64,000 nt of DNA from Betaproteobacteria bacterium (lineage in GTDB: Bacteria > Pseudomonadota > Gammaproteobacteria > Burkholderiales > SG8-39): positions 122 through 64,121 of the forward strand of contig CANKMT010000015.1 of NCBI GenBank assembly GCA_947482825.1, read 5' to 3'. The number at the start of each line of letters is the position of its first letter. Positions within the stretch are counted from its first letter, which is position 1. Position numbers and translations under genes: made by a program. Positions 8,972 through 18,568 of this stretch are shown one piece after another. Below the pieces are notes generated by a model. It saw only the letters and a program-made list of their open reading frames with translations, ran no database searches and had not been told where the DNA came from.

Positions 8972-10531
8972 GTGAGTTCCGAAACGCCGGCGCCTTCCTA
9001 CTTCGATGCCACGCTGCGTGCCTACGAGGAAAGGCTCGCCAAGGCGCTGGCCATGGGCGGCCCCGCTAAGCTCTCGCGCCGCAAGGAGGCCGGTGTCCTC
9101 AATGCAAGGGAGAGAATCGCCTACCTTTGCGATCCGGGCACGTTCATCGAGTCCGGCCTGTTCGGCACCTCGGGCACTTTCCCTGCAGACCGCGACAAGA
9201 CGCCGGCCGACGGCAAGATTGCAGGCTTCGGCAAGATCAACCAGCGCGAGGCGGGACTGGTTGCCAACGACTTCACCGTAATGGGATCTTCGAGCGGCGC
9301 CACCAATGGCCGCAAGATCGGCCACATGAAGCGCGTGGCCACGCAACGCGGCATCCCGCTCGTCTTCTTGGGCGAATCGTCCGGCGCGCGCATGCCGGAC
9401 ACCATGGGCGCGCGCGGCATGGGTTCTTTGCTCGGGAACGACGGCATGCAATACCAGCGGATGCGCGAGATACCGTGGGCGTCGGCCACGCTGGGATTGT
9501 CCTATGGCTCCTCGTCGTGGTACGCGGCGCTCTCCGATTTCAGCGTGATGAGAAAAGGCGCGGTGCTTGCGGTGTCGAGTCCCCTGCTTGCGTCGCTCGC
9601 CATCGGCGAGAAGGTCGATCCCGAGGAACTCGGCGGCTGGCGCCTGCATTCGGAGGTGACCGGCCTGGCCGACATGGTGGTCGATACGGACGAGCAGGCG
9701 CTCGACGCGATCAAGGTCTTCCTCAGTTACCTGCCCAGCCACCACAACGAGGCACCGCCGGTGCGCGCCGTGCCTGCGGGCTCAGGAGAGGGGATGCGCG
9801 ACATCGTCAACCTGCTGCCGCCGAGCCGCACCCAGGTCTACGACGTGCGCAAGGTCGTGCGCACGCTCGTCGACAAGGACAGTTTTTTCGAGTTGAAGCC
9901 GCGTTTCGGCAAGGTTGGCGTCACCGGCCTGGCGAGGCTCGACGGCCGCACTGTGGGTATCCTCGCGAACAACCCGCTGGTCAAGGGCGGTGCCCTCGAT
10001 ACCGATGCCTGCGAGAAATTCACCAGCTTCCTGGTGCTGTGCGACTCGTTCAACATCCCCATCGTGATGTTCGTCGACACCCCTGGCTTCGTCATCGGCA
10101 CCGATGCCGAGCGTAAACGCGCGCCGGGCAAGATCATGAACATGATGAACGCACTGTCGCTGATGACGGTGCCCAAGCTCTCGGTGATCCTGCGCAAGAC
10201 CTACGGCCAGGCCTATCTCAACATGGGCGGCGGGCGCAATTCGGACGAGGTGGCCGCGTGGCCGACCGCCGAGATCAGCTTCATGGACTCGCGCTTTGCG
10301 GTGAGGGTCGTGCACGGGCTTGAGCCGGGCGAGGCCGGGTTCGACGAGGCGCTCGCGCAGATGGATAGGGAAAACGAAGTCTGGGATGCGGCGTCGATCT
10401 TCGCGGTGCAGTCGGTGATCCGTCCGCACGAGACGCGCGACTACCTGATCCGCATGCTCGAAGTGCACCAATCGCGTTTGACCAAGGAGGTCGGCCAGCA
10501 TTTGATGCGGGCCTGGCCGACGAGTTTCTGA
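8972..10531 (+). CDS. Acyl-CoA carboxyltransferase subunit (copy 1)
   Basis: NARERI, NDFTVMGSS, SSGARM, EELGG, DTPGF, RKTYG, AWPTAE. Confidence 0.9.
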   Translation: MSSETPAPSYFDATLRAYEERLAKALAMGGPAKLSRRKEAGVLNARERIAYLCDPGTFIESGLFGTSGTFPADRDKTPADGKIAGFGKINQREAGLVANDFTVMGSSSGATNGRKIGHMKRVATQRGIPLVFLGESSGARMPDTMGARGMGSLLGNDGMQYQRMREIPWASATLGLSYGSSSWYAALSDFSVMRKGAVLAVSSPLLASLAIGEKVDPEELGGWRLHSEVTGLADMVVDTDEQALDAIKVFLSYLPSHHNEAPPVRAVPAGSGEGMRDIVNLLPPSRTQVYDVRKVVRTLVDKDSFFELKPRFGKVGVTGLARLDGRTVGILANNPLVKGGALDTDACEKFTSFLVLCDSFNIPIVMFVDTPGFVIGTDAERKRAPGKIMNMMNALSLMTVPKLSVILRKTYGQAYLNMGGGRNSDEVAAWPTAEISFMDSRFAVRVVHGLEPGEAGFDEALAQMDRENEVWDAASIFAVQSVIRPHETRDYLIRMLEVHQSRLTKEVGQHLMRAWPTSF

Positions 10532-10548
10532 AGAAAGGGGAAGTGCAT

Positions 10549-10770
10549 ATGGCAAGGCTTGAAGCAAAGACAGACGTGACCGGTTCGGTGTGGAAGATCA
10601 CTACGGTCGTGGGACAGACGCTCGCGCCGGGAGACACCGTGATGTTGATCGAATCGATGAAGATGGAGATTCCGGTGATTGCCGAAGACGGCGGGACGAT
10701 CAAGGAATTCCGCTTCGCGGAGGGCGAATCGATCACCGAAGGCGAGGTCGTGGCGATTCTCGAAGGCTGA
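10549..10770 (+). CDS. Stand-alone biotin carboxyl carrier protein
   Basis: About 73 aa; biotinylation motif IESMKMEIPV. Confidence 0.9.
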   Translation: MARLEAKTDVTGSVWKITTVVGQTLAPGDTVMLIESMKMEIPVIAEDGGTIKEFRFAEGESITEGEVVAILEG

Positions 10771-10783
10771 CCGGGGACCGACC

Positions 10784-12367
10784 ATGAAGGACCAGGCACC
10801 GGATACCGCGCGCAATGCAGAGGTCGCGGAACTCGCGCTGCGTCGCGCCGAGGCGGACAAGCTCGGCGGCGCCGAGTCCGTGGGCAGGCACCACGAGCAG
10901 GGACGGCTGACGATCCGCGAACGGATCGCGGGCGTGGTCGATGCGGGCTCTTTCCAGGAAGTCGGCAAGCTCACGGGGCAGGGGCGTTACACGGACGGCG
11001 TGCTGACCGGCGTTACGCCCGCGCCGTACGTAATGGGTCTCGCCACCATCGACAAGCGGCCGGTCGCAGTGGGTGGCGAAGACTTCACCGTGCGCGGAGG
11101 CATCAGCTGGAGCGGCGAGCGCAAGAAAGGCGGGCAGGGCGGCTTCGTCGAGGATCTCGCCCACCAGTACCGCATCCCGCTGGTGAACCTGATCGACGGC
11201 GCCGGCGGCAGTGTCACGTCGATCCAGCGCCGCGGCTACTCGGTGTTTCCCGGCGTGCACGGGTTCGAGCGTGCGGTCGAGCTGATGGGCGAGGTGCCGG
11301 TCGTCTGCGCGGTGCTTGGCACGGCGGCCGGCGGCCCGGCAGGGCGCGCGATCCTGTCGCACTGGTCGGTGATGGTGAAGGACACGAGCCAGGTTTTTGC
11401 GGCCGGGCCGCCGGTGGTGGAACGGTCGCTCGGCCAGAAGCTGACCAAGGAGGAACTCGGCGGGCCGGCCATCGCGGTGGATATCGCGGGCACGATCGAC
11501 AATGCGGCCGCCACCGAAGCGCAATGCTTCGAAATGATCAGGAACTATCTCAGCTACATGCCGCAAAACGTGTGGGAACTTCCCCCGGTGCTCGACTGCG
11601 GGGACCCAGTGGATCGCTGCGATAACGCGCTGCTGAAGATCGTGCCGGAGAGCCGCCGCCAGCCCTACGACATGAGGAAGCTCGTCCGGATGGTGGTCGA
11701 CCGCGATTCGATGTTCGAGATCCAGCCCACGTACGGCAAGGCCGTGATCACCTGTCTTGCCCGCATGAACGGAAAAGTCGTGGGCGTGATCGCCAACGAT
11801 CCCAAGGTCTATGGCGGCGCGATGGATGCGAGGGCCGCGCGCAAGCAGACCCACTTTGTCGAGTTGTGCGACTGCTTCCATATCCCGCTCATTTTCCTGG
11901 TGGACGTGCCGGGCTTCATGGTGGGCAAGGATGCGGAGGCCGCGGCCACGCTGCGCGAAGGCATGCGCAGCGTCTACGTCGGCTTGCAGGCGACGGTGCC
12001 TATGTATACGGTAGTGATCCGCAAGTGCTATGGGATGGCGGGAATGGGCGCGACCGACAAGAACGGGCTGGACCTGAAGATTGCGTGGCCGACGGCCGAG
12101 TGGGGATCGCTCCCGGTGGAGGGTGGCGTCGCCGCCGCTTTCCGCAGGGATATCCAGGCTGCGGCCGACCCGAAGGCGCGCGAGCAGGAGATTGAAGCCG
12201 AGTTGCGCGCGCTCGCCTCGCCATTCCGGACCGCAGAAGCTTTCGGCGTAGAAGAAATCATCGACCCGCGCGAGACCCGGCCTTATCTTTGCCGGTTCAT
12301 CGATGCGGCGCAGGGCAGGCTGAAGACGACGGTCGGGCGCAAGCCCCGATACGGCGTCCGGCCTTGA
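10784..12367 (+). CDS. Acyl-CoA carboxyltransferase subunit (copy 2)
   Basis: GRLTIRERI, EDFTVRGG, EELGG, DVPGF, RKCYG, AWPTAE, IIDPRETR. Confidence 0.9.
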   Translation: MKDQAPDTARNAEVAELALRRAEADKLGGAESVGRHHEQGRLTIRERIAGVVDAGSFQEVGKLTGQGRYTDGVLTGVTPAPYVMGLATIDKRPVAVGGEDFTVRGGISWSGERKKGGQGGFVEDLAHQYRIPLVNLIDGAGGSVTSIQRRGYSVFPGVHGFERAVELMGEVPVVCAVLGTAAGGPAGRAILSHWSVMVKDTSQVFAAGPPVVERSLGQKLTKEELGGPAIAVDIAGTIDNAAATEAQCFEMIRNYLSYMPQNVWELPPVLDCGDPVDRCDNALLKIVPESRRQPYDMRKLVRMVVDRDSMFEIQPTYGKAVITCLARMNGKVVGVIANDPKVYGGAMDARAARKQTHFVELCDCFHIPLIFLVDVPGFMVGKDAEAAATLREGMRSVYVGLQATVPMYTVVIRKCYGMAGMGATDKNGLDLKIAWPTAEWGSLPVEGGVAAAFRRDIQAAADPKAREQEIEAELRALASPFRTAEAFGVEEIIDPRETRPYLCRFIDAAQGRLKTTVGRKPRYGVRP

Positions 12368-12402
12368 TGTTTTTAGAGACACCCTAAAAGGAGGGACAAA
12401 GA

Positions 12403-13416
12403 ATGAAAACGTGGGGACAGGCACTGAGAATCCTTGCTGCGGGACTGGCCGGGATCGGGATGGCCGGCGTGGCACACGCCGAGGTCGACGAAGTCAAGCT
12501 GGTGTCCCAGTACGGCATCGGCTACATGCAACTCACCATGATGAATCGGGACAAGCTGGTCGAGAAGCACCTGGCCAAAGCTGGGCTCGCCGCGACCAAG
12601 GTCACCTGGGCGAAGGTGGCCGCGGGCGCTGCGGCGAATGACGCCCTGCTTTCGGGAAATCTCCACTTCGCCTCCGGCGGGACCGGCCCGGCGCTCATCC
12701 TGTGGGACAAGACACGCGGCAATCTCGACGTGCGCGGGGTGGGTGCGCTCGCTTCGATGCCGAACCTGCTGATCACCCGCAACCCGAAAGTGAAAACCAT
12801 CCGCGACCTGACCGACAAGGACCGCATCGCGATGGCGGGCGCCGGCTCGTCGGTGCAGACGACCTACCTGCAGATGGCCGTTTCCAAGGAGTACGGGATC
12901 GAGAACTACAAGAAGCTGAACCCGCTCATGGTCGGGCTGCCGCACCCCGAAGGCCTGCGCGCCCTGCTGTCGGGCACCGGCGAAATCAACTCGCAGTTCA
13001 CTTCGCCGCCGTTCCAGAACTATGCCCTCGAAGCCCCGGGCATTACGACCGTGCTCAACTCGTACGACGTCATGGGAGGGCGGAACACTTTCCTCATGGT
13101 CTGGTCGACCAACAAGTTCCGCGAAGCCAACCCGAAGACCTTCCGGGCCGTATTCGATGCGATGAAAGAGGCGACCGCCTCGATCAATGCGGACAAGAAA
13201 CGCGCCGCGGAAATGTACGTGCAGGAGGGCGGCGGCAAGGAGTCGGTCGACAAGATCTTCAAGATGATGAGCGATCCGCAGGTGAACTACACGATGTCTC
13301 CGGAGCGCCTGCTGGCCTACGCGCAATTCATGAACCAGGTGGGGACGCTGAAGAACAAGCCGGCCGCCTGGCAGGACCTGTTCTTCCCGGAACTCCACGA
13401 CCAGCCTGGAAGTTGA
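12403..13416 (+). CDS. NitT/TauT-family ABC transporter substrate-binding protein
   Basis: Signal peptide (AHA-E); NDALLSG, TSPPF; adjacent ATPase and permease. Confidence 0.88.
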   Translation: MKTWGQALRILAAGLAGIGMAGVAHAEVDEVKLVSQYGIGYMQLTMMNRDKLVEKHLAKAGLAATKVTWAKVAAGAAANDALLSGNLHFASGGTGPALILWDKTRGNLDVRGVGALASMPNLLITRNPKVKTIRDLTDKDRIAMAGAGSSVQTTYLQMAVSKEYGIENYKKLNPLMVGLPHPEGLRALLSGTGEINSQFTSPPFQNYALEAPGITTVLNSYDVMGGRNTFLMVWSTNKFREANPKTFRAVFDAMKEATASINADKKRAAEMYVQEGGGKESVDKIFKMMSDPQVNYTMSPERLLAYAQFMNQVGTLKNKPAAWQDLFFPELHDQPGS

Positions 13417-13424
13417 GCGCAGAG

Positions 13425-14225
13425 TTGAGTACCGCGGGGGCTGCGGCCCCCCTGTTGTGCGTCAAGGGCGTGACCCTGCAGTACAAGACGCGGGAGCACC
13501 TGGTCACGGCTACCTACCGCGTGAGCTTCGATGTGCATCCCGGCGACCGCTTCGTGCTGCTGGGGCCTTCAGGCTGCGGGAAATCTACGTTGCTCAAGGC
13601 CGTGGGCGGCTACCTGAACCCGGTCGAGGGCGAGATCGTGCTCAAGGGCAAGGCGATCTCGAAGCCCGGCCCTGACCGCGTGATGGTGTTCCAGGAATTC
13701 GACCAGCTCCTGCCGTGGAAGACGGTAAAGCAGAACGTCGTGTTCGCGCTCGAAGCGTCCGGCCGGCTGCGCGGCAAGGAGGCCGAGGACAGGGCGATGG
13801 CGTACATCGAAAAGGTGAACCTGACGCGCTTCGCCGAGTCATTCCCGCACACGCTCTCCGGCGGCATGAAGCAGCGCGTGGCGATTGCCCGCGGGATGGC
13901 CATGGAGCCGGACATCCTGCTGATGGACGAACCGTTCGCGGCGCTGGATGCGCTCACGCGCAGGAAGATGCAGGACGAGCTCCTGCAACTCTGGGAGGAC
14001 ACGCGCTTCACCGTGCTGTTCGTGACCCATTCGATTCCCGAAGCGGTGCGCATCGGCAACCGGATCCTTCTGCTGTCGCCGCACCCAGGGCAGGTGAAGG
14101 CAGAACTGAACAGCGACGGCGACGACAGCGTCGATCCGGCGCTCGGCAGCACGCTGTCCGAGCGCATCCACAAGATGCTTTTTTCCGATGCCGTAGAAGC
14201 CGAGGAGGTACATCCGGATGCCTGA
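13425..14225 (+). CDS. NitT/TauT ABC transporter ATP-binding protein (start approximate)
   Basis: GPSGCGKST, LSGGMKQR, LLMDEPF, VTHS. Confidence 0.92.
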   Translation: MSTAGAAAPLLCVKGVTLQYKTREHLVTATYRVSFDVHPGDRFVLLGPSGCGKSTLLKAVGGYLNPVEGEIVLKGKAISKPGPDRVMVFQEFDQLLPWKTVKQNVVFALEASGRLRGKEAEDRAMAYIEKVNLTRFAESFPHTLSGGMKQRVAIARGMAMEPDILLMDEPFAALDALTRRKMQDELLQLWEDTRFTVLFVTHSIPEAVRIGNRILLLSPHPGQVKAELNSDGDDSVDPALGSTLSERIHKMLFSDAVEAEEVHPDA

Positions 14226-15090
14226 TCAACCAGTTGCACGCGCGGAGTACGTGCGCGAGCAAGTCAAGGAGCAGAATTTCGGTGTGGTGAGAAAGCCGCT
14301 CACCGTCGGGGAACGCATCTGGGGCCAATCCGCCGTTCGCAAGGCGGTGATCCTGATCGTGCTCGCCGGACTGTGGCAGGCGTATGCGACCTATCTCAAC
14401 AACACGCTGCTGGTGCCGACATTCCTGTCCACGGTCCAGTCTTTCATCGGCCACACGCTCACGGGGGAGTTGCCGGGCAAGGCGTGGGTGTCGATCAAGG
14501 TGCTGCTGCAGGGCTACGCCATCGGGCTGGCGCTTGCGCTGGCGATTGCCGTGCTCGCCGTCACTTCGCAGATCGGCAACGACCTGCTCGAGGCGCTCAC
14601 GGCGATGTTCAACCCGCTGCCGGCGATTGCATTGCTGCCGATCGCGCTGATCTGGTTCGGGCTGGGTAACCCAAGCCTGGTGTTCGTTCTAGTGCATGCG
14701 GTGCTGTGGCCAGTCGCGCTAAACACCCACTCGGGCTTCCTTGCGGTATCGAACACGATGCGCATGGTCGGGCGAAACTATGGCCTCACCGGCGTGGGTT
14801 ATGTGTGCCGCATCCTTGTGCCTGCTGCATTCCCGAGCATCGTCACCGGCCTGAAGATCGGCTGGGCCTTCGCCTGGCGCACCCTGATCGCGGCCGAACT
14901 GGTGTTCGGCACAAGCTCGGGGTCGGGCGGCCTCGGATGGTTCATCTACGAGAACAAGAACACCCTGGACATCCCGTCGGTCTTTGCCGGCCTGTTCAGT
15001 GTCATCATCATCGGCCTGCTGGTGGAGAGCCTGATCTTTCGCGTGCTCGAAGAGCGCACTATCCGCAAGTGGGGCATGCACCTGCAGTAG
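14218..15090 (+). CDS. NitT/TauT ABC transporter permease
   Basis: Six hydrophobic segments; PLPAIALLP, WRTLIAAEL. Confidence 0.9.
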   Translation: MPDQPVARAEYVREQVKEQNFGVVRKPLTVGERIWGQSAVRKAVILIVLAGLWQAYATYLNNTLLVPTFLSTVQSFIGHTLTGELPGKAWVSIKVLLQGYAIGLALALAIAVLAVTSQIGNDLLEALTAMFNPLPAIALLPIALIWFGLGNPSLVFVLVHAVLWPVALNTHSGFLAVSNTMRMVGRNYGLTGVGYVCRILVPAAFPSIVTGLKIGWAFAWRTLIAAELVFGTSSGSGGLGWFIYENKNTLDIPSVFAGLFSVIIIGLLVESLIFRVLEERTIRKWGMHLQ

Positions 15091-15161
15091 TTCGATTTCA
15101 GGCAAAGGAACTCCGAAATGCATTCTGGCAATTTCTCGCGAGCGGCCGGGCGAAGGTCGTC

Positions 15162-16163
15162 GTGAGCGGCCCTGTCGTCGTCTTCGGCGCAGCGGGATTC
15201 GTCGGTGTGAACGTTGCCGCAACCCTCGCTTCGAGGGGCCGTGCGCTGGTGCTGGCGGACCGCGACGAACCTCCCGGGCCCGTGCGTGCGGCGCTTCACG
15301 GCGCCCGCTGGCTCCGCGGGGATGTGCGCGATCCCGCTTTCCTCCTTGATGCCATCGCTCCAGGCACCGAAAGCGTCGTGTGGGGGGCGGCACTTACCGC
15401 CGACGCTGCGCGCGATGCCGCCGAACCCGATGCCATCCTGTCGGTGAATCTCGCCGCGCTGGCTGCGGTGCTGCGCATTGCGCGCGATCGCGGCGTGCGG
15501 CGTGTCGTCAATCTCGGTTCGGTCGCAGCCTTCGGCGAGGCGGCATTCCGCGCGCTTGCCCTCGAGGAGGACGACCCCGTCCCGGACCCGCGCAGCCTGT
15601 ATGCGATTACCAAGTTTTCCGGCGAGCGATTGTGCTCGCGCTATTCGGAGCTGACCGGCCTGTCGATCGCCACGCTGCGCCTGTCTTCCGTGTTCGGGCC
15701 GTGGGAGCGGATGACCGGAGCGCGCGACACGCCAAGCCCCTTCCTGCAACTCATGGGACTGGCCGAACGTGGCGAGGAGGCCCGCCTGCCGCGCGCCCTG
15801 ATGCGCGATTGGCTGTATGCACCGGACGCCGGCGAGGCCGTGGCGCGCGTGCTCGAAGCGCCTCGCCTGGCGCACGGCCTTTACCATGTCGGTCCGGGAC
15901 AACCCCACACGGTCCTCGAGTGGGGCCAGGCGCTTGCGGCGCGACGGCCGGGCTGGCGCTGCCGGCTCGCGTTGAGCGGCGAGACGCCGAACGTCGATCC
16001 GCAGGGCGCGCGCGATCGCGCCCCCCTCGCGGTTGAACGCATTGCGGCAGACGCAGGCTTTCGCGCAGGCTACGATGTTCGCGCATCGGTCGAGCACCTG
16101 GACGCCTGGGCGCGCTCGCATCCGGGGTGGTTCAGCGCAGGTTCATCGAGAGGGGCAGGGTAA
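15162..16163 (+). CDS. NAD-dependent epimerase/dehydratase (extended SDR)
   Basis: GAAGFVG, YAITK, LRLSSVFGP, RDWLY. Confidence 0.85.
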   Translation: MSGPVVVFGAAGFVGVNVAATLASRGRALVLADRDEPPGPVRAALHGARWLRGDVRDPAFLLDAIAPGTESVVWGAALTADAARDAAEPDAILSVNLAALAAVLRIARDRGVRRVVNLGSVAAFGEAAFRALALEEDDPVPDPRSLYAITKFSGERLCSRYSELTGLSIATLRLSSVFGPWERMTGARDTPSPFLQLMGLAERGEEARLPRALMRDWLYAPDAGEAVARVLEAPRLAHGLYHVGPGQPHTVLEWGQALAARRPGWRCRLALSGETPNVDPQGARDRAPLAVERIAADAGFRAGYDVRASVEHLDAWARSHPGWFSAGSSRGAG

Positions 16164-16165
16164 GG

Positions 16166-16927
16166 ATGAGGTTCGCAGGCCGGACGGTCGTGGTCACAGG
16201 CGGTGGGTCGGGAATCGGCCGCGCATGCGCGCAGGCCTTCGCGGCGGAGGGCGCACGCGTTGCCATCGTGGATCGGGACGCCGCGGGCGCCGAGGCCACG
16301 GCCGGCGCAATCCGGTCCCAAGGCGGCGAGGCGATCGTGCGGGTGTCCGACGTCTCCGACCCGGGCGCGGTGGAGGCGGATGCCCTGGCGCTCCTCACCG
16401 ATTGGGGGCATATCGATGTGCTGGTGACCAGCGCCGGTTGGTCCTGCGGCGGCACGGCGACCACGACCTCGCCCGAAGACTGGGCGCGGGTCTTCGAGAT
16501 CAACGTGAATGGCACATGGCTGTGGTCGCGCGCCGTCCTGCCTTCGATGCAGGCCGCGAAGCGCGGCGCGATCGTCACCGTGGCTTCGCAACTCGCAATC
16601 GCCGGCGGGCACCACAACAGTGCCTACATTGCATCGAAGGGGGCGGTGATCGCGTTGACACGCACGATGGCGCTCGATTACGTGGACGACGGCATCCGCG
16701 TCAACGCGGTTGCGCCAGGCGCCACCGAAACGCCGATGATCGAGCGGGCGTTTGGGCGGGCGCCCGATCCCGGGGCTGCGCGGGCGCGCGTGGCGGCGCG
16801 CCATGCCATGGGCCGTCTCGCTCGGCCTGAAGAGGTCGCCGCCGCAGTGATGTTCCTCGCCAGCGATGCGGCCGGCTTCATCACCGGCACGGTCCTCCCC
16901 GTGGACGGCGGCTGGCTCGCGGCCTGA
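16166..16927 (+). CDS. Short-chain dehydrogenase/reductase
   Basis: TGGGSGIG, YIASK, VNAVAPG, VDGGW. Confidence 0.92.
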   Translation: MRFAGRTVVVTGGGSGIGRACAQAFAAEGARVAIVDRDAAGAEATAGAIRSQGGEAIVRVSDVSDPGAVEADALALLTDWGHIDVLVTSAGWSCGGTATTTSPEDWARVFEINVNGTWLWSRAVLPSMQAAKRGAIVTVASQLAIAGGHHNSAYIASKGAVIALTRTMALDYVDDGIRVNAVAPGATETPMIERAFGRAPDPGAARARVAARHAMGRLARPEEVAAAVMFLASDAAGFITGTVLPVDGGWLAA

Positions 16928-17002
16928 GCAAGGAGGCCGAGTCTGTGGCACGATAGTTGCGAGACGTTCGCATCGAATTTCCCCAGAATCGGAGACCCCC
17001 CA

Positions 17003-18019
17003 ATGCTCGCCAGGACCCTGATTGCCGCCGCCGGCGTTTTTGCCAGCCTCACCGCGACGGCGCAAGTCACCACGCTTCGTATCCACTCCTTCAGCGCGCC
17101 GCAGGCGCTCGACCAGACCAAGCACTTGAATCCGTGGGCCGAGAAGGTGACCAAGGAGTCGGGCGGCAAGCTCAAGGTCGAGGTCTATCCCGGCATGCAG
17201 CTGGGCGGCAAGCCCGCCGACCTGCCGCAACAGCTCGAGGACGGCGTGGTCGACATTATCTGGACCATCGCGGGTTTCACGCCGGGACGCTTTCCGGGGC
17301 TCGAGGGTGTCGAGCTGCCGTTCATGAACTCGGGATTGTCGGCCACCCATAGCCAGGCGACGATGGAGTTCGCCCAAAAGCACCTGCTCGACAACGAATT
17401 CAAGGGCATCAAGATCATCAGCATTCACACCACCGACGCGGCGATCCTGCATTCGCGCACCAAGCCGTTCAAGACCCTCGAAGACTGGAAGGGCCAGAAG
17501 GTCCGTGTGGCGGGGCGCTTCATCGGCGAGATGGTCAAAGCCTACGGTGGCGTCCCGCAGGGCATTCCGCTGGGCGGCGTGTACGAGGCGCTCGAGCGCG
17601 GCCAGGTCGATGCGATGCTGATCAACTGGGCGATCACGCAGCCGTACCGCTTCTACGAAGTCACCAAGTTCCACACCAACAACGCGCTGTTCCAGGGAAC
17701 GCTGCTCACGCTCATGAACCAGAAGGTCTACGACAAGCTGGCGCCAGACATGAAAAAGGTGATCGACGCCAATTCGGGCATTGCGTACGCCAAGTACATC
17801 GGCGAAGTCTGGGACACCACCACCGCCCCCGCCATCGCGGCGACGAAGAACAACAAGAACGACGTCTTCGAGCTGCCGCCGGCGGAACTCGCGCGCTGGA
17901 AAGCCGCCGCCGTGCCGGTGTACGACGTTTGGATCGGCGAGATGAACAAGCTTGGCCGCAACGGCAAGCAGATGTTCGCCGACCTGCAGGCGATCACCGC
18001 CAAGTACGGAAGGAAGTAG
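17003..18019 (+). CDS. dctP: TRAP transporter substrate-binding protein
   Basis: Signal peptide; SGGKLKVEVYP, ELPF, KGQKVR, YEALERGQVD. Confidence 0.9.
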   Translation: MLARTLIAAAGVFASLTATAQVTTLRIHSFSAPQALDQTKHLNPWAEKVTKESGGKLKVEVYPGMQLGGKPADLPQQLEDGVVDIIWTIAGFTPGRFPGLEGVELPFMNSGLSATHSQATMEFAQKHLLDNEFKGIKIISIHTTDAAILHSRTKPFKTLEDWKGQKVRVAGRFIGEMVKAYGGVPQGIPLGGVYEALERGQVDAMLINWAITQPYRFYEVTKFHTNNALFQGTLLTLMNQKVYDKLAPDMKKVIDANSGIAYAKYIGEVWDTTTAPAIAATKNNKNDVFELPPAELARWKAAAVPVYDVWIGEMNKLGRNGKQMFADLQAITAKYGRK

Positions 18020-18022
18020 TCC

Positions 18023-18565
18023 GTGGCCGACGCGGCCGCGGAAGGCGCAGCCGCAGGCCATTCCCCTGGCAAGCCGCCGATCCTGTATCGCCTGGCCGAG
18101 TGGTTCGCGGCCGGGGGCGGGCTGGCGCTGGTCTCGGCCCTGCTGGTGACGGTCGCCTCGGTGGTGTCGAACGACCTGTTTGGCAAGCCCATCCTCGGTG
18201 ACACCGAAATCGTCGAGATGCTGATGGGCATCGCCGTGGCCGCATTCATGCCCTGGTGCCAGGTGAAGGGCTCGAACGTGATCGTCGACTTCTTCACCAT
18301 GCGGTTTCCCAAGCGACTGAACGACGCGATCGACGCGTTCGCTTACGTCGTGTTCGCGGTCATCGTGGCCGTGCTCACTTGGCGCATGATCGACGGCACC
18401 ATCACGCAGTACGAGCGGGAACGCGTGTCGATGTTCCTCAAGATTCCGCAGTGGTGGGGTTACGCGCTCGCAAGCATTTCGGCCGTGCTGTGGGTGCTGG
18501 TCTGCCTGCGCACCGCGTGGGATCGCGCGCGATCCGCGTTTGCCGCGCCGGCCAGGCGGGCGTAA
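18023..18565 (+). CDS. dctQ: TRAP transporter small permease
   Basis: Four TM segments; lies between dctP and dctM. Confidence 0.88.
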   Translation: MADAAAEGAAAGHSPGKPPILYRLAEWFAAGGGLALVSALLVTVASVVSNDLFGKPILGDTEIVEMLMGIAVAAFMPWCQVKGSNVIVDFFTMRFPKRLNDAIDAFAYVVFAVIVAVLTWRMIDGTITQYERERVSMFLKIPQWWGYALASISAVLWVLVCLRTAWDRARSAFAAPARRA

Positions 18566-18568
18566 GGG

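Noticed and set aside
12702-13424. Apparent long N-terminal extension on the ABC ATPase (likewise on ORFs 14706, 40089, 44495-45733 and 52508-53692)
   Set aside because: These are open alternative frames overlapping the preceding real genes, as is common at this GC content.
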